IMG/VR virus record: IMGVR_UViG_3300045119_000151
Span: 1 to 60,725 of that record
Length of the DNA: 60,725 bases
Direction: 5' to 3' (one strand)
Source of the DNA: a virus
Lineage: Duplodnaviria; Caudoviricetes
The notes below the pieces were generated by a model, which made no database searches, was not told where the DNA came from, and saw nothing but the letters and a program-made list of their open reading frames with translations. A program made the translations under genes and the position numbers. Numbering within the stretch: position 1 is the stretch's first letter; each line of letters starts with the position of its first letter. Of this stretch, positions 53,587 through 60,725 are shown one piece after another.

Positions 53587-54207
53587 ATGATTACCCTACC
53601 CGCTGCAACCATCAAAGGCCTACTACGCATCGCACCGAAAGCGGAAGCGCGCTATTACTTAAACGGAATCTACTTCGACCCGAAGGGCTACGCCGTCGTG
53701 ACGGATGGCAAAATGATCCTCGCCGTGAAGTGCGAGAAGTTCGCCCCATCGGCCGACACGTCGGTAGGGGCGGAAGGCTTCATTGTTCCACGCGATGTGC
53801 TGGCGGCGGCGATAAAGGGCGTGAAGCCAAGAATGGTAGTTACTGTTACTCGATCCAATGTGAGCGTTGACCATATGGAGCTCGCCTACACGCCGATCGA
53901 CGGCCGTTTTCCCGATTGGCGCCGCGCTGTGCCCACGGCCTGCACGGGCGAAGTCGCACACTACGACTCGCAGTTAACCGACGTCCTGCGCGAAGCCTTC
54001 GAAGATATCGACGCGCCGTCGAAGGTCCGCGCGTATGTATCAATCGCGATGAATGGCACGAGGGGCGGCGTCGTTCGGACTGGTCCTGATAAGCTGGCCG
54101 TCGTGATGCCATTCCGCGTGTCTGAGTTCGACGCGGCGGCGCATGTGGCTAAGTTCTTGGGGATAGAGGCGCCCGCACAGAGTGAGGTCGACACGGCGAC
54201 GGCGTAG
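53587..54207 (+). CDS. DNA polymerase III beta-clamp-like protein (truncated, 206 aa)
   Basis: ARYYLNGIYF......TDGK, IDGRFPDWRRAVP and C-terminal VVMPFRV echo DnaN motifs. Confidence 0.75.
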   Translation: MITLPAATIKGLLRIAPKAEARYYLNGIYFDPKGYAVVTDGKMILAVKCEKFAPSADTSVGAEGFIVPRDVLAAAIKGVKPRMVVTVTRSNVSVDHMELAYTPIDGRFPDWRRAVPTACTGEVAHYDSQLTDVLREAFEDIDAPSKVRAYVSIAMNGTRGGVVRTGPDKLAVVMPFRVSEFDAAAHVAKFLGIEAPAQSEVDTATA

Positions 54208-54248
54208 GGGAAGGCGGGAAGACAGACAACCACTAACGAGGTGCAATT

Positions 54249-54761
54249 ATGAGCAACACGAAACGAAAAGACGAAGACCACGGCCTACAGAACGCCCTTG
54301 CAGGCTACGACAATATCCGCGAGATGGTCGCGGCGATGGAGTGCGACTACGAGCGGCTGCAGGAACTGCGCGAGATGAAGGCGGACGGCGATACCATCAT
54401 GGACGCGGACGAAGCCCAGGAACTGACCGACCTAGAGTCCGCCGCAGGCGACTGCGAAGACCAGGACGCAGCGCGCGAGCGGATATCCGAGGACGCATTA
54501 GAAGTCTGCATCCGCTCTGGCTGGTACGCTCCAGGTGGCGATGCGACGCCATCTGAGTTCTACATTCTACTGACCACGGGTGGGCCTGCATTGCGCTTAC
54601 GTGGCGAGCTAAACCAGCACAGCGAGCCGTCGCGCGCGTGGCTTGAGTATCAGGATTGGAGCACGCCGTGGACGCAGTTGGTTAATGACAGTGCGGGCGC
54701 ACAGGTAGATCAAGACGTGCTACTCACGTATGCCGGCTGCTTCTACTTCGGTGAGGGGTAA
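54249..54761 (+). CDS. Acidic hypothetical phage protein
   Basis: EFYILLTTGGPALR.RGEL.....P..AWLEYQDW.TPW; GAGGTG RBS. Confidence 0.7.
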   Translation: MSNTKRKDEDHGLQNALAGYDNIREMVAAMECDYERLQELREMKADGDTIMDADEAQELTDLESAAGDCEDQDAARERISEDALEVCIRSGWYAPGGDATPSEFYILLTTGGPALRLRGELNQHSEPSRAWLEYQDWSTPWTQLVNDSAGAQVDQDVLLTYAGCFYFGEG

Positions 54762-54929
54762 ATGGGCACCGATGCCGCCACCCGCAAACGTACCGAGCGC
54801 GCCCGCCGCAAAGCGCTTGGACTCGTGCGGGTGGAGATATGGATAGACCCCTCGCAGCTTGCGAGGCTTAGGCGGTATGTGGAGGTGTTGAAACGAGCGG
54901 CGATAGCAGCAGAGAACGGCCACGATTGA
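54762..54929 (+). CDS. Small ribbon-helix-helix/DUF3018-like DNA-binding protein (not in track)
   Basis: MGTDAATRKRTERARRKALGLVRVEIWIDP... Confidence 0.55.
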   Translation: MGTDAATRKRTERARRKALGLVRVEIWIDPSQLARLRRYVEVLKRAAIAAENGHD

Positions 54930-54949
54930 CCCTAGAGGTCATAGGGTCA
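54927..54949. promoter_or_regulatory. Palindromic operator-like site within a candidate promoter
   Basis: TGACCCTA-N7-TAGGGTCA perfect arms, overlapping TTGACC...CATAAC. Confidence 0.45.
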
Positions 54950-54970
54950 TAACCACGGGAGTAACGAGCC

Positions 54971-55249
54971 ATGATTAGCGACGTACTGAGAGAAGCCGCA
55001 CAGCAGATCCTTGACTACCTAGTCAGGCAGCCAGAGGTGTATAGCGAGTGCACGAAGGAGATACAGGACGTGCTGATGGCAATGGATCGGCTGATGGCAG
55101 TGCTAGATGCGCCACCCGATGGTAAGCCGTGGAACAGATCGGCTAGTGCAGTCATTGATCGCGCGATGGTTTCGGCGCGGGACTCAGCAGAGAGACAGAC
55201 GCTAGCCGTCTCCTTTCCCGCCTTGCTCGCGCCGCTCCGCCGCCGATAA
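54971..55249 (+). CDS. Hypothetical protein
   Basis: GGAG RBS; its 3' end overlaps the convergent DUF3987 gene. Confidence 0.5.
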   Translation: MISDVLREAAQQILDYLVRQPEVYSECTKEIQDVLMAMDRLMAVLDAPPDGKPWNRSASAVIDRAMVSARDSAERQTLAVSFPALLAPLRRR

Positions 55250-57259
55250 TTCAATCCGCGCGCGGCTCTCGGCGCGGGCCATGCGCTCGATCTTCGCTCG
55301 ATCCTGAAATGCAATGTGCACCTCCGGGTTGACGTCCCATCGTACCGGCAGGTTCGAGCGCTTGTTGATTCTGGCGGTCGGGTGCGGCCGTACCCAGCCG
55401 TAATCCTCTAGCCGTATCCAGATGCTACGATGTGCGCCGTCGCCTAGCGTGTTGAAATGCTTGTATCGCTGCGAGACCTCGCGCGTCGTGATCTCCATTG
55501 CGTTGGTCGCGAGAATGTGGCCGGCGATCCAACCGACGTGCTGCAGTAAGTCATTCTGCCCGAGCATCTCGCCGTAGAATTGATAGGCATGCGGATACAA
55601 GCACGACTCCATGAGTTCACAGACATGCATCGCCGTTTCGGCCTCAATGAACGTCGGCGGCGTGCGGCCGGCGTGGTCGATCATATGGTAAGTGCACATC
55701 AGCCGCGCAAAGAGCCCAGACCACTTACCCAAGTAACCGGCCATGCCGCGGGGGAGCTCAGTCGCCGCGGCGCGATCGATCGTCGCCGTGAACATCCTGC
55801 GCACTTCCTGCGCTTCCGGCGCCAGCCGGTAGACTTCCATCTCACCACGGACGCGCATCTCGCGCAGCTGATAGAGAATCTTGTGATAGTCGGCGATGAG
55901 CTCGGCGTTCGGCGTGCGGTCGATATCCGTGCCGGCGCGCGTGCCGATCACTACCATGAAGCGCTGGAGTAGGCCGTCGTTATCGAGCTTACTTGCGATG
56001 CTGCGGAAAATATCAGGCTGGATGCCGCCTAGCAGGCACGCCGACCAGTTCGGGACGAAGATATGGCCGCGGGTTACGCGGTCGATCCGCTGGGGTCCGC
56101 CGTTGTAGGCTTCAAGCCAGAGTGCGCGGTCCTTGCTACCGCCTTTGCTGTAGACGTCGAGACTGCCGAACCAGCCAGAGAGTTCATCGGGCGCGCAGAG
56201 TAAGCCTTGGGGATTATCCTTGAGAATGTCCGAGAGTGCTTCGACGGTGGCATTCTGTGTGAGCACGCGCGGACTCGCCGGCCGTTCAGGCGGCGGCGGT
56301 TTGTCCTTACCGCGTAGCGCCGCATGGGCGGCGAGTTCCTCCTCATGCTCGCGCATGACATCGGCGTATTGTGCGGCCAGCTTAGCGTCGATCTTGCGCA
56401 CCGGCGACATGGCAGACCGCATGCCTGGGGACTTCTTAGTGCTTGGGTCACCTACAATGGCGCCCCAGAGTCGCGCGGATTCGGTCCAGGTTGTGTCATG
56501 TTCCTTCGGCTGCACCCGGAATCCGTCATCGATGACGCTCGCAGCACAGACCAAAGCTGAGAGACCCACTACTGACGCATCGCAGCCGATCAAGTCGCAC
56601 TGCTCGGCGACATATTCGCGAAAGCGCGGCGGTAGGCAGGTAATGCGCATCGGCACCACCGGGCGCGCAGTCCATAGATCGATCGGCGGCTCCCATCGTA
56701 ATTCGTCGTCGACGTTCAGGCGCTCGCTTGGCGCATAGGCGGCGCGCGCCATGTCGCTCAGCACTCCGTGCGGCGCCTCCGGTGGATCGTCATCGATGGG
56801 CGCGTCACTCGGCGCATCCCACTCCATCGTAGGGTCCGGTTCGAATTCTTGAGCGGTCAAGATGCGGATACGACTGCGGGCATAGGCCACAATCTGCGCC
56901 GAAGTCATGCCGGCCGCTTGCGCTGAAAATGGCTCGATCGATTCGCCCCCCTGCGGTTCGATCACGCGAACGCTGCAGCCTAGGCGCAAAAGCTCCGTGA
57001 CTACCGCCAGATGTGGCCACCGCTCTTTGCGCACCGACGCCCACACATCAACACGACGTCCGGCTAGCGAGCGCAGTGCACCGTTCGTGATCGGCTCACC
57101 GCCCGCGGAGTCGAAGTAGTCGGCAGTCGCCCAACTGCCAACTAAATACGCCGGCAGTAATGCGCGCGCGGCACCGATGGCCGCAGGACCGCAGACAAGC
57201 AGCACCGGATGATTCGGCTGAGCGGTCAGCGTCTCGGATGTGGGGAGCAGATTAGTCAT
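55202..57259 (-). CDS. DUF3987/YfjI-type replication protein (P-loop domain; degenerate primase-like N-terminus)
   Basis: W.ES.RLWGAIVG.PST.KSP, ATVEAL..IL.DNP.G.L...DELSGWF, AYNGG...IDR..RG, GGIQP, DGLLQRF. Confidence 0.85.
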   Translation of the reverse strand: MTNLLPTSETLTAQPNHPVLLVCGPAAIGAARALLPAYLVGSWATADYFDSAGGEPITNGALRSLAGRRVDVWASVRKERWPHLAVVTELLRLGCSVRVIEPQGGESIEPFSAQAAGMTSAQIVAYARSRIRILTAQEFEPDPTMEWDAPSDAPIDDDPPEAPHGVLSDMARAAYAPSERLNVDDELRWEPPIDLWTARPVVPMRITCLPPRFREYVAEQCDLIGCDASVVGLSALVCAASVIDDGFRVQPKEHDTTWTESARLWGAIVGDPSTKKSPGMRSAMSPVRKIDAKLAAQYADVMREHEEELAAHAALRGKDKPPPPERPASPRVLTQNATVEALSDILKDNPQGLLCAPDELSGWFGSLDVYSKGGSKDRALWLEAYNGGPQRIDRVTRGHIFVPNWSACLLGGIQPDIFRSIASKLDNDGLLQRFMVVIGTRAGTDIDRTPNAELIADYHKILYQLREMRVRGEMEVYRLAPEAQEVRRMFTATIDRAAATELPRGMAGYLGKWSGLFARLMCTYHMIDHAGRTPPTFIEAETAMHVCELMESCLYPHAYQFYGEMLGQNDLLQHVGWIAGHILATNAMEITTREVSQRYKHFNTLGDGAHRSIWIRLEDYGWVRPHPTARINKRSNLPVRWDVNPEVHIAFQDRAKIERMARAESRARIELSAAERREQGGKGDG

Positions 57260-57427
57260 GCGGCATTGCCGCAGAGACTAAGCGCTCTCGATAGCGGTCC
57301 GACGGCTCGCGATTCACCCACGCCGCATACTCATCACTCGCGAGCCACTTACGGTAGTCGCCAATCGACTCGATACGGATATCGAGCCATGCTGGCAGCG
57401 GCTCTGGATTGCTGGGTAGTGCGGCCT

Positions 57428-57640
57428 TCATTTGCCGCCCATCCCAAAGCGCTCAATTGCATCGCGCAAGTCAGGGTAAGACGGATAGTCGCCAAGTTCG
57501 GCGCCACGCGCATTGACTGCATGAATACACCAGGCTTTGAATTGATTGCGTGCGCGACGATTGGAATGCGATCGCGGTTTGAGCGTCAACGTCGGACGGA
57601 CGTATTTCGATGGTGCAGAATCGATTGACTTCGTAGACAC
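57428..57640 (-). CDS. Hypothetical protein
   Basis: GTG start with GGGGAAG RBS. Confidence 0.5.
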   Translation of the reverse strand: MSTKSIDSAPSKYVRPTLTLKPRSHSNRRARNQFKAWCIHAVNARGAELGDYPSYPDLRDAIERFGMGGK

Positions 57641-57663
57641 AGTCTTCCCCTGTACTTCCCGAC

Positions 57664-57760
57664 GTTGCTGTTAAAGAGAGGGCGGACCAAACGAGAAACG
57701 GTCATCTCGCGCGGGAAGATCGCGATAGCCCAGTCGTGAAATCTAATGGAGTAGCAGCGA
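57664..57760. ncRNA. Candidate structured RNA (C4/CI-antisense-like multibranch fold)
   Basis: GGGC...GCCC stem enclosing the hairpins CGAGA/TCTCG and CGCG/CGCG; one loop is complementary to the nearby RBS region. Confidence 0.35.
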
Positions 57761-57762
57761 AG

Positions 57763-58023
57763 TTACAAGCGAAACCAGAGATAGACAGCGATCAGCAGTG
57801 CAGCTCCGACCACCGACCAGAAAATGATACCGGACATCGCGCGGAATTCGTCGTCTTGGCACTGCGGACAGTCGCCATGCTCATCACGCTGCGCATAGGG
57901 ATGAAGGCCATCGTCTTCGCTGTTGTTCATTGTGGCAACTCCATAACTTCGAAAGTTGGTGAGCGGTTCATCTTCATGGAGGAGGCGCGCGCATTGATTG
58001 GGTCTTCCCGTTAAACTGCTCAT
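57763..58023 (-). CDS. Small membrane protein
   Basis: CPQC plus C-terminal TM helix. Confidence 0.5.
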   Translation of the reverse strand: MSSLTGRPNQCARLLHEDEPLTNFRSYGVATMNNSEDDGLHPYAQRDEHGDCPQCQDDEFRAMSGIIFWSVVGAALLIAVYLWFRL

Positions 58024-58358
58024 CGCTGCGGTCTCGGCTTGAACTGCACAATGGTCGCCGCCTCTGGTGGATGACTGGCGGCGCGAATCTCAGCCGACAA
58101 AACTCCCAGCCGTAACGTCGCGCGCTTAAACCGCAATGCCATCGCGATGCGCATCCATATTTCACGGTCTTCAAAGGATCGCAAATCCGGCAAGTCTCTA
58201 GCACGCCGCACTGCGATCGTATCGCGCGCTACCGTGCCGCCGCGTGACAGCCATACATCGAACCACTGGCGACACTGGTTGTGATCGTAGCTAAATGCAG
58301 CAGACGGTTGGGGGCGTGGCCCATACGGATATTTCGGACGAAAGTGTTTTCCAGTCAT
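58020..58358 (-). CDS. Hypothetical protein
   Basis: ATGA-coupled ORF. Confidence 0.5.
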   Translation of the reverse strand: MTGKHFRPKYPYGPRPQPSAAFSYDHNQCRQWFDVWLSRGGTVARDTIAVRRARDLPDLRSFEDREIWMRIAMALRFKRATLRLGVLSAEIRAASHPPEAATIVQFKPRPQR

Positions 58359-58470
58359 GGTCTGCTCACCCAGGTTTCAAGCCATCGTTGGCGCTCGCGC
58401 GCAATCGTATACTCGCGCAACAGTTGGCGTAGATACTTCGTTCGGCGACGGCGTTTGACACTCATGGCAG

Positions 58471-59073
58471 TTATCCGGCCCTATCATATAGCCACCAGAA
58501 GAACCACCCGACAAGCCCTAGCGCTGCAAGAATGATCACGATATTCGCCACGACCACATACCACGGTGGCCCATCATGGCCGGGACGGTCAGCCGATACC
58601 ACTGAGTTGTAGGGAAGTGGCGGCGCAATCCCTGCAGCGGCAGGCGCAGTCGCCACAATGATCGGTTGCTGTTGCGGGCGATCAAGTGCCCACATCCAGA
58701 ACCAGAAGCCAGGACCACTATTATAACTCGTGTCGTAATGATGCACGACGGTAGTCGGCTGAGCATAAGTAGAGACCCGGCCCACCGGGGCCGTCGTAAT
58801 CGGCGCACTGGGTTTAAATGTTTCCGATGAGTAAGGCTTCGACTTAGGCGTAGGCGATGAGTACGACGGAGAACTATAAGTAGATGGCTTGCTTGACGAA
58901 GTAGGCGGCGCTTTGTAGCTTGGCGAACTGTATGACGGCCGAGGGCTGTAGCTAGATGATTTGTAGGATGATGCGCTACTCGATGTGCCAGCGAAAGATT
59001 CCGCCGATAAAAATAAAGCGAGGCAGAGCGCGGCCAGCAGCACGAGAAATAGGCAGAGAATAGTTCTACGCAT
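58471..59073 (-). CDS. Exported/membrane protein with Ser/Pro/Tyr-rich low-complexity segment
   Basis: Signal peptide (SFA-G), YSSPSY repeats, FWFWMW, C-terminal TM helix. Confidence 0.7.
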   Translation of the reverse strand: MRRTILCLFLVLLAALCLALFLSAESFAGTSSSASSYKSSSYSPRPSYSSPSYKAPPTSSSKPSTYSSPSYSSPTPKSKPYSSETFKPSAPITTAPVGRVSTYAQPTTVVHHYDTSYNSGPGFWFWMWALDRPQQQPIIVATAPAAAGIAPPLPYNSVVSADRPGHDGPPWYVVVANIVIILAALGLVGWFFWWLYDRAG

Positions 59074-59281
59074 TTTTGAACCCCTCGAATTTCTGAAGAA
59101 ATTCCGCTTTGTTGGTGATGTCGCTCTCGCTGACTTCATTCAGCGTATTCTCGATGCTCGTTAGTCGGTCTTCCTTGCCTTCAAGGAATTCAATGTAGCG
59201 CTCCGCCTCATCCAGAATCTGATTGATCTGCTGCTCACCGCGCAGATTGTTGAAGTCGACTTGTAGGGATTTATTGCGCAT
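59066..59281 (-). CDS. Hypothetical coiled-coil protein
   Basis: GGAG RBS; overlaps both neighbours. Confidence 0.55.
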   Translation of the reverse strand: MRNKSLQVDFNNLRGEQQINQILDEAERYIEFLEGKEDRLTSIENTLNEVSESDITNKAEFLQKFEGFKNA

Positions 59282-59759
59282 GAACTTCTCCGATGGCTTT
59301 TAATTTTACGACCTTCCGCGCTTTCGCTAAATTCTCTCGCGCTCGCTTATCGGTCATGCGCTGCGCTTTCGAGCGCTGATCCATCACGCGCGTATGACCG
59401 CGCACATGGCGAAGTTCGATCACAAGCGAATGCTCAGCCTTCAACTTATCGAAGGCGGCACCAATCGCTTTAAGATCCTTGCGCTTCACTTTCTTGATGC
59501 GTTTATCCAAATGGAAGATTGCATGCATGCAGTCGGTTTGCAGAAGGACATTATCTCCGTCAGCGGCAATACCGAGTTTAAGCGCGCAGTGGATCGCATT
59601 GACGATGGCTTTCGCTTCGCAAACTAAGGCGTCCTGCTGCGTACCAGTCAGCACTCCACCACCGCCATGCGAGCCGCGCTTCGATACTGCCCAGAATCCG
59701 TATGAGCCGACATTCAGATTGGGACAATGCGACGCATCGGAGATGATCGTGACGTTCAT
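59271..59759 (-). CDS. Ribonuclease HI-like protein
   Basis: TIISDAS, CEAKAI..A, QTDC, RHVRGH, D..AR catalytic pattern; TGATG-coupled to DUF6745. Confidence 0.85.
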   Translation of the reverse strand: MNVTIISDASHCPNLNVGSYGFWAVSKRGSHGGGGVLTGTQQDALVCEAKAIVNAIHCALKLGIAADGDNVLLQTDCMHAIFHLDKRIKKVKRKDLKAIGAAFDKLKAEHSLVIELRHVRGHTRVMDQRSKAQRMTDKRARENLAKARKVVKLKAIGEVHAQ

Positions 59760-60724
59760 CAACTCTCCAACATCGGCGAGTAATCTTTGTAATTTTTGAA
59801 CATCAACGTCTTCCCCGCAGGCGTCGTCCGCCAAGTCGATGCAACCGCCGCTTGCGGAATTCTTCCGGCATCGCCGTTGTACAAGTCTGGATTGATTGGC
59901 AGCCAGTAGATTTTAAAACTCCCATCTGGCTCAGCGGTGCGGTTCACTACCTTAATGCGGCAAATCGGCTTACCAACCTCGGTTCGTTCCACAAACAACG
60001 TCCCGAATCGATCATCATGCGCAACCGGTTGCATCCCCGATTCTTCGATATAACGCGCTTCGCCAAAGCGCTCGATCATAATGCGGCGCACTTCGGCATT
60101 CGACTCAGATTTAATCTGAGTGATGGTTAGCGTCTCGGGATATTCGACAATCTGCTTCGTTACGCGAATGCCATGCCAGAAATGCAATTCCCATCCATCA
60201 CGCCAACGATGTGATGGGCCGTCTGCGCAGTGAGGCCGGTTTTGCTCGTCTTTCTTCAGTACTTCCGGGAAGTTACTGACAATGCAAAATTCTTCGTGCA
60301 TCAAGCGGAACGATCCGTGAATCGCGCAGGCTTCCCAAGCATTGTATTTTTCATGCTGTGGAAGCTTCAACCCAAGAATGTCGCGTGCGGCGGTGAGGTA
60401 GGTATCCCATGCTGCCCACATATTTCCACCTTGATACATGCGCCACCAATTGCTAGCGCATTTCAGGCCAAATAAAGCATGCGGCCCGAGAATTGATTTA
60501 GCGATTGAAAGGAAGTCAGCGTCGTCCGTGGCGTCGTACGTGGCGGCGCGCGTGGCGGCGCTCGTGGCGTCGCGCGTGGCGGCGCGCGTGGCGTCGTCCG
60601 TGGCGGCGCGCGTGGCGTCGTCCGTGGCGTCGTACGTGGCGTCGTACGTGGCGGCGCTCGTGGCGTCGTACGTGGCGGCGCGCGTGGCGGCGCTCGTGGC
60701 GTCGCGCGTGGCGTCGCGCGTGGC
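59759..60724 (-). CDS. C-terminal part of DUF6745-family protein
   Basis: Frame is open from the window end through (xxAT)n into YQGGNMW, FCIVS..P.....DEQNRPHCADGP...WRDGW....WHG..V, E.NAEVRR.MIE.FG..RY and V.N.T.EPDGS...Y.L. Confidence 0.88.
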   Translation of the reverse strand, partial: ATRDATRDATSAATRAATYDATSAATYDATYDATDDATRAATDDATRAATRDATSAATRAATYDATDDADFLSIAKSILGPHALFGLKCASNWWRMYQGGNMWAAWDTYLTAARDILGLKLPQHEKYNAWEACAIHGSFRLMHEEFCIVSNFPEVLKKDEQNRPHCADGPSHRWRDGWELHFWHGIRVTKQIVEYPETLTITQIKSESNAEVRRIMIERFGEARYIEESGMQPVAHDDRFGTLFVERTEVGKPICRIKVVNRTAEPDGSFKIYWLPINPDLYNGDAGRIPQAAVASTWRTTPAGKTLMFKNYKDYSPMLES

Positions 60725-60725
60725 G
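60519..60725. repeat. Coding 12-bp tandem repeat, about 17 units, same family as 1-337
   Basis: Read directly. Confidence 0.97.

Noticed and set aside
1-60725. Integrase/attP, tRNA genes, DNA polymerase, inteins and stop-codon reassignment
   Set aside because: None was recognised by eye. Core genes are full length in the standard code and TAA, TAG and TGA are all used as stops. tRNAscan and HMM searches would be needed to exclude divergent cases.

Overview
The window looks like an essentially complete, circularly permuted ~60.7 kb genome of a tailed dsDNA phage, probably with podovirus morphology and a Gram-negative host. Both ends fall inside the same 12-bp coding tandem repeat of one minus-strand DUF6745-type gene, whose N-terminal half is at 1-618 and whose C-terminal half is at 59759-60724. 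There are four transcription blocks. (1) A minus-strand replication/recombination block runs 6910->1 and continues 60725->55202. It encodes a GHKL-type ATPase, a RecT-like annealase, Gp157, HNH, an SF2 helicase, VRR-NUC, DUF6745 plus a partner, RNase HI and a DUF3987 protein. (2) A plus-strand array of about 35 tiny, translationally coupled accessory genes (6968-16418) includes an Acb2/Tad1-like protein and an RMF-like protein that is absent from the ORF track. (3) The minus-strand late block (52867->16372) encodes terminases, a P22-like portal, a GroES-like co-chaperonin, scaffold, a Mu gpT-like major capsid protein, Ser/Thr-rich surface proteins, a methyltransferase/DUF115(Maf-like) fusion, GIY-YIG, a lysis cassette, tail genes and four ejection proteins, the last ending in a GNAT domain. 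(4) A short plus-strand early block (53317-55249) contains a beta-clamp-like protein. I recognised no integrase, DNA polymerase, reverse transcriptase, tRNA or CRISPR array. The most notable observations are a possible virion glycosylation/methylation module, a phased DnaA-box array over the head-assembly promoter, a recurrent xAxGG motif in internal virion proteins, two Acb2/Tad1-like sponges, shared micro-homologies at accessory-gene junctions and a C4/CI-like structured RNA candidate. All family assignments are from motif recognition by eye; no database search was run.
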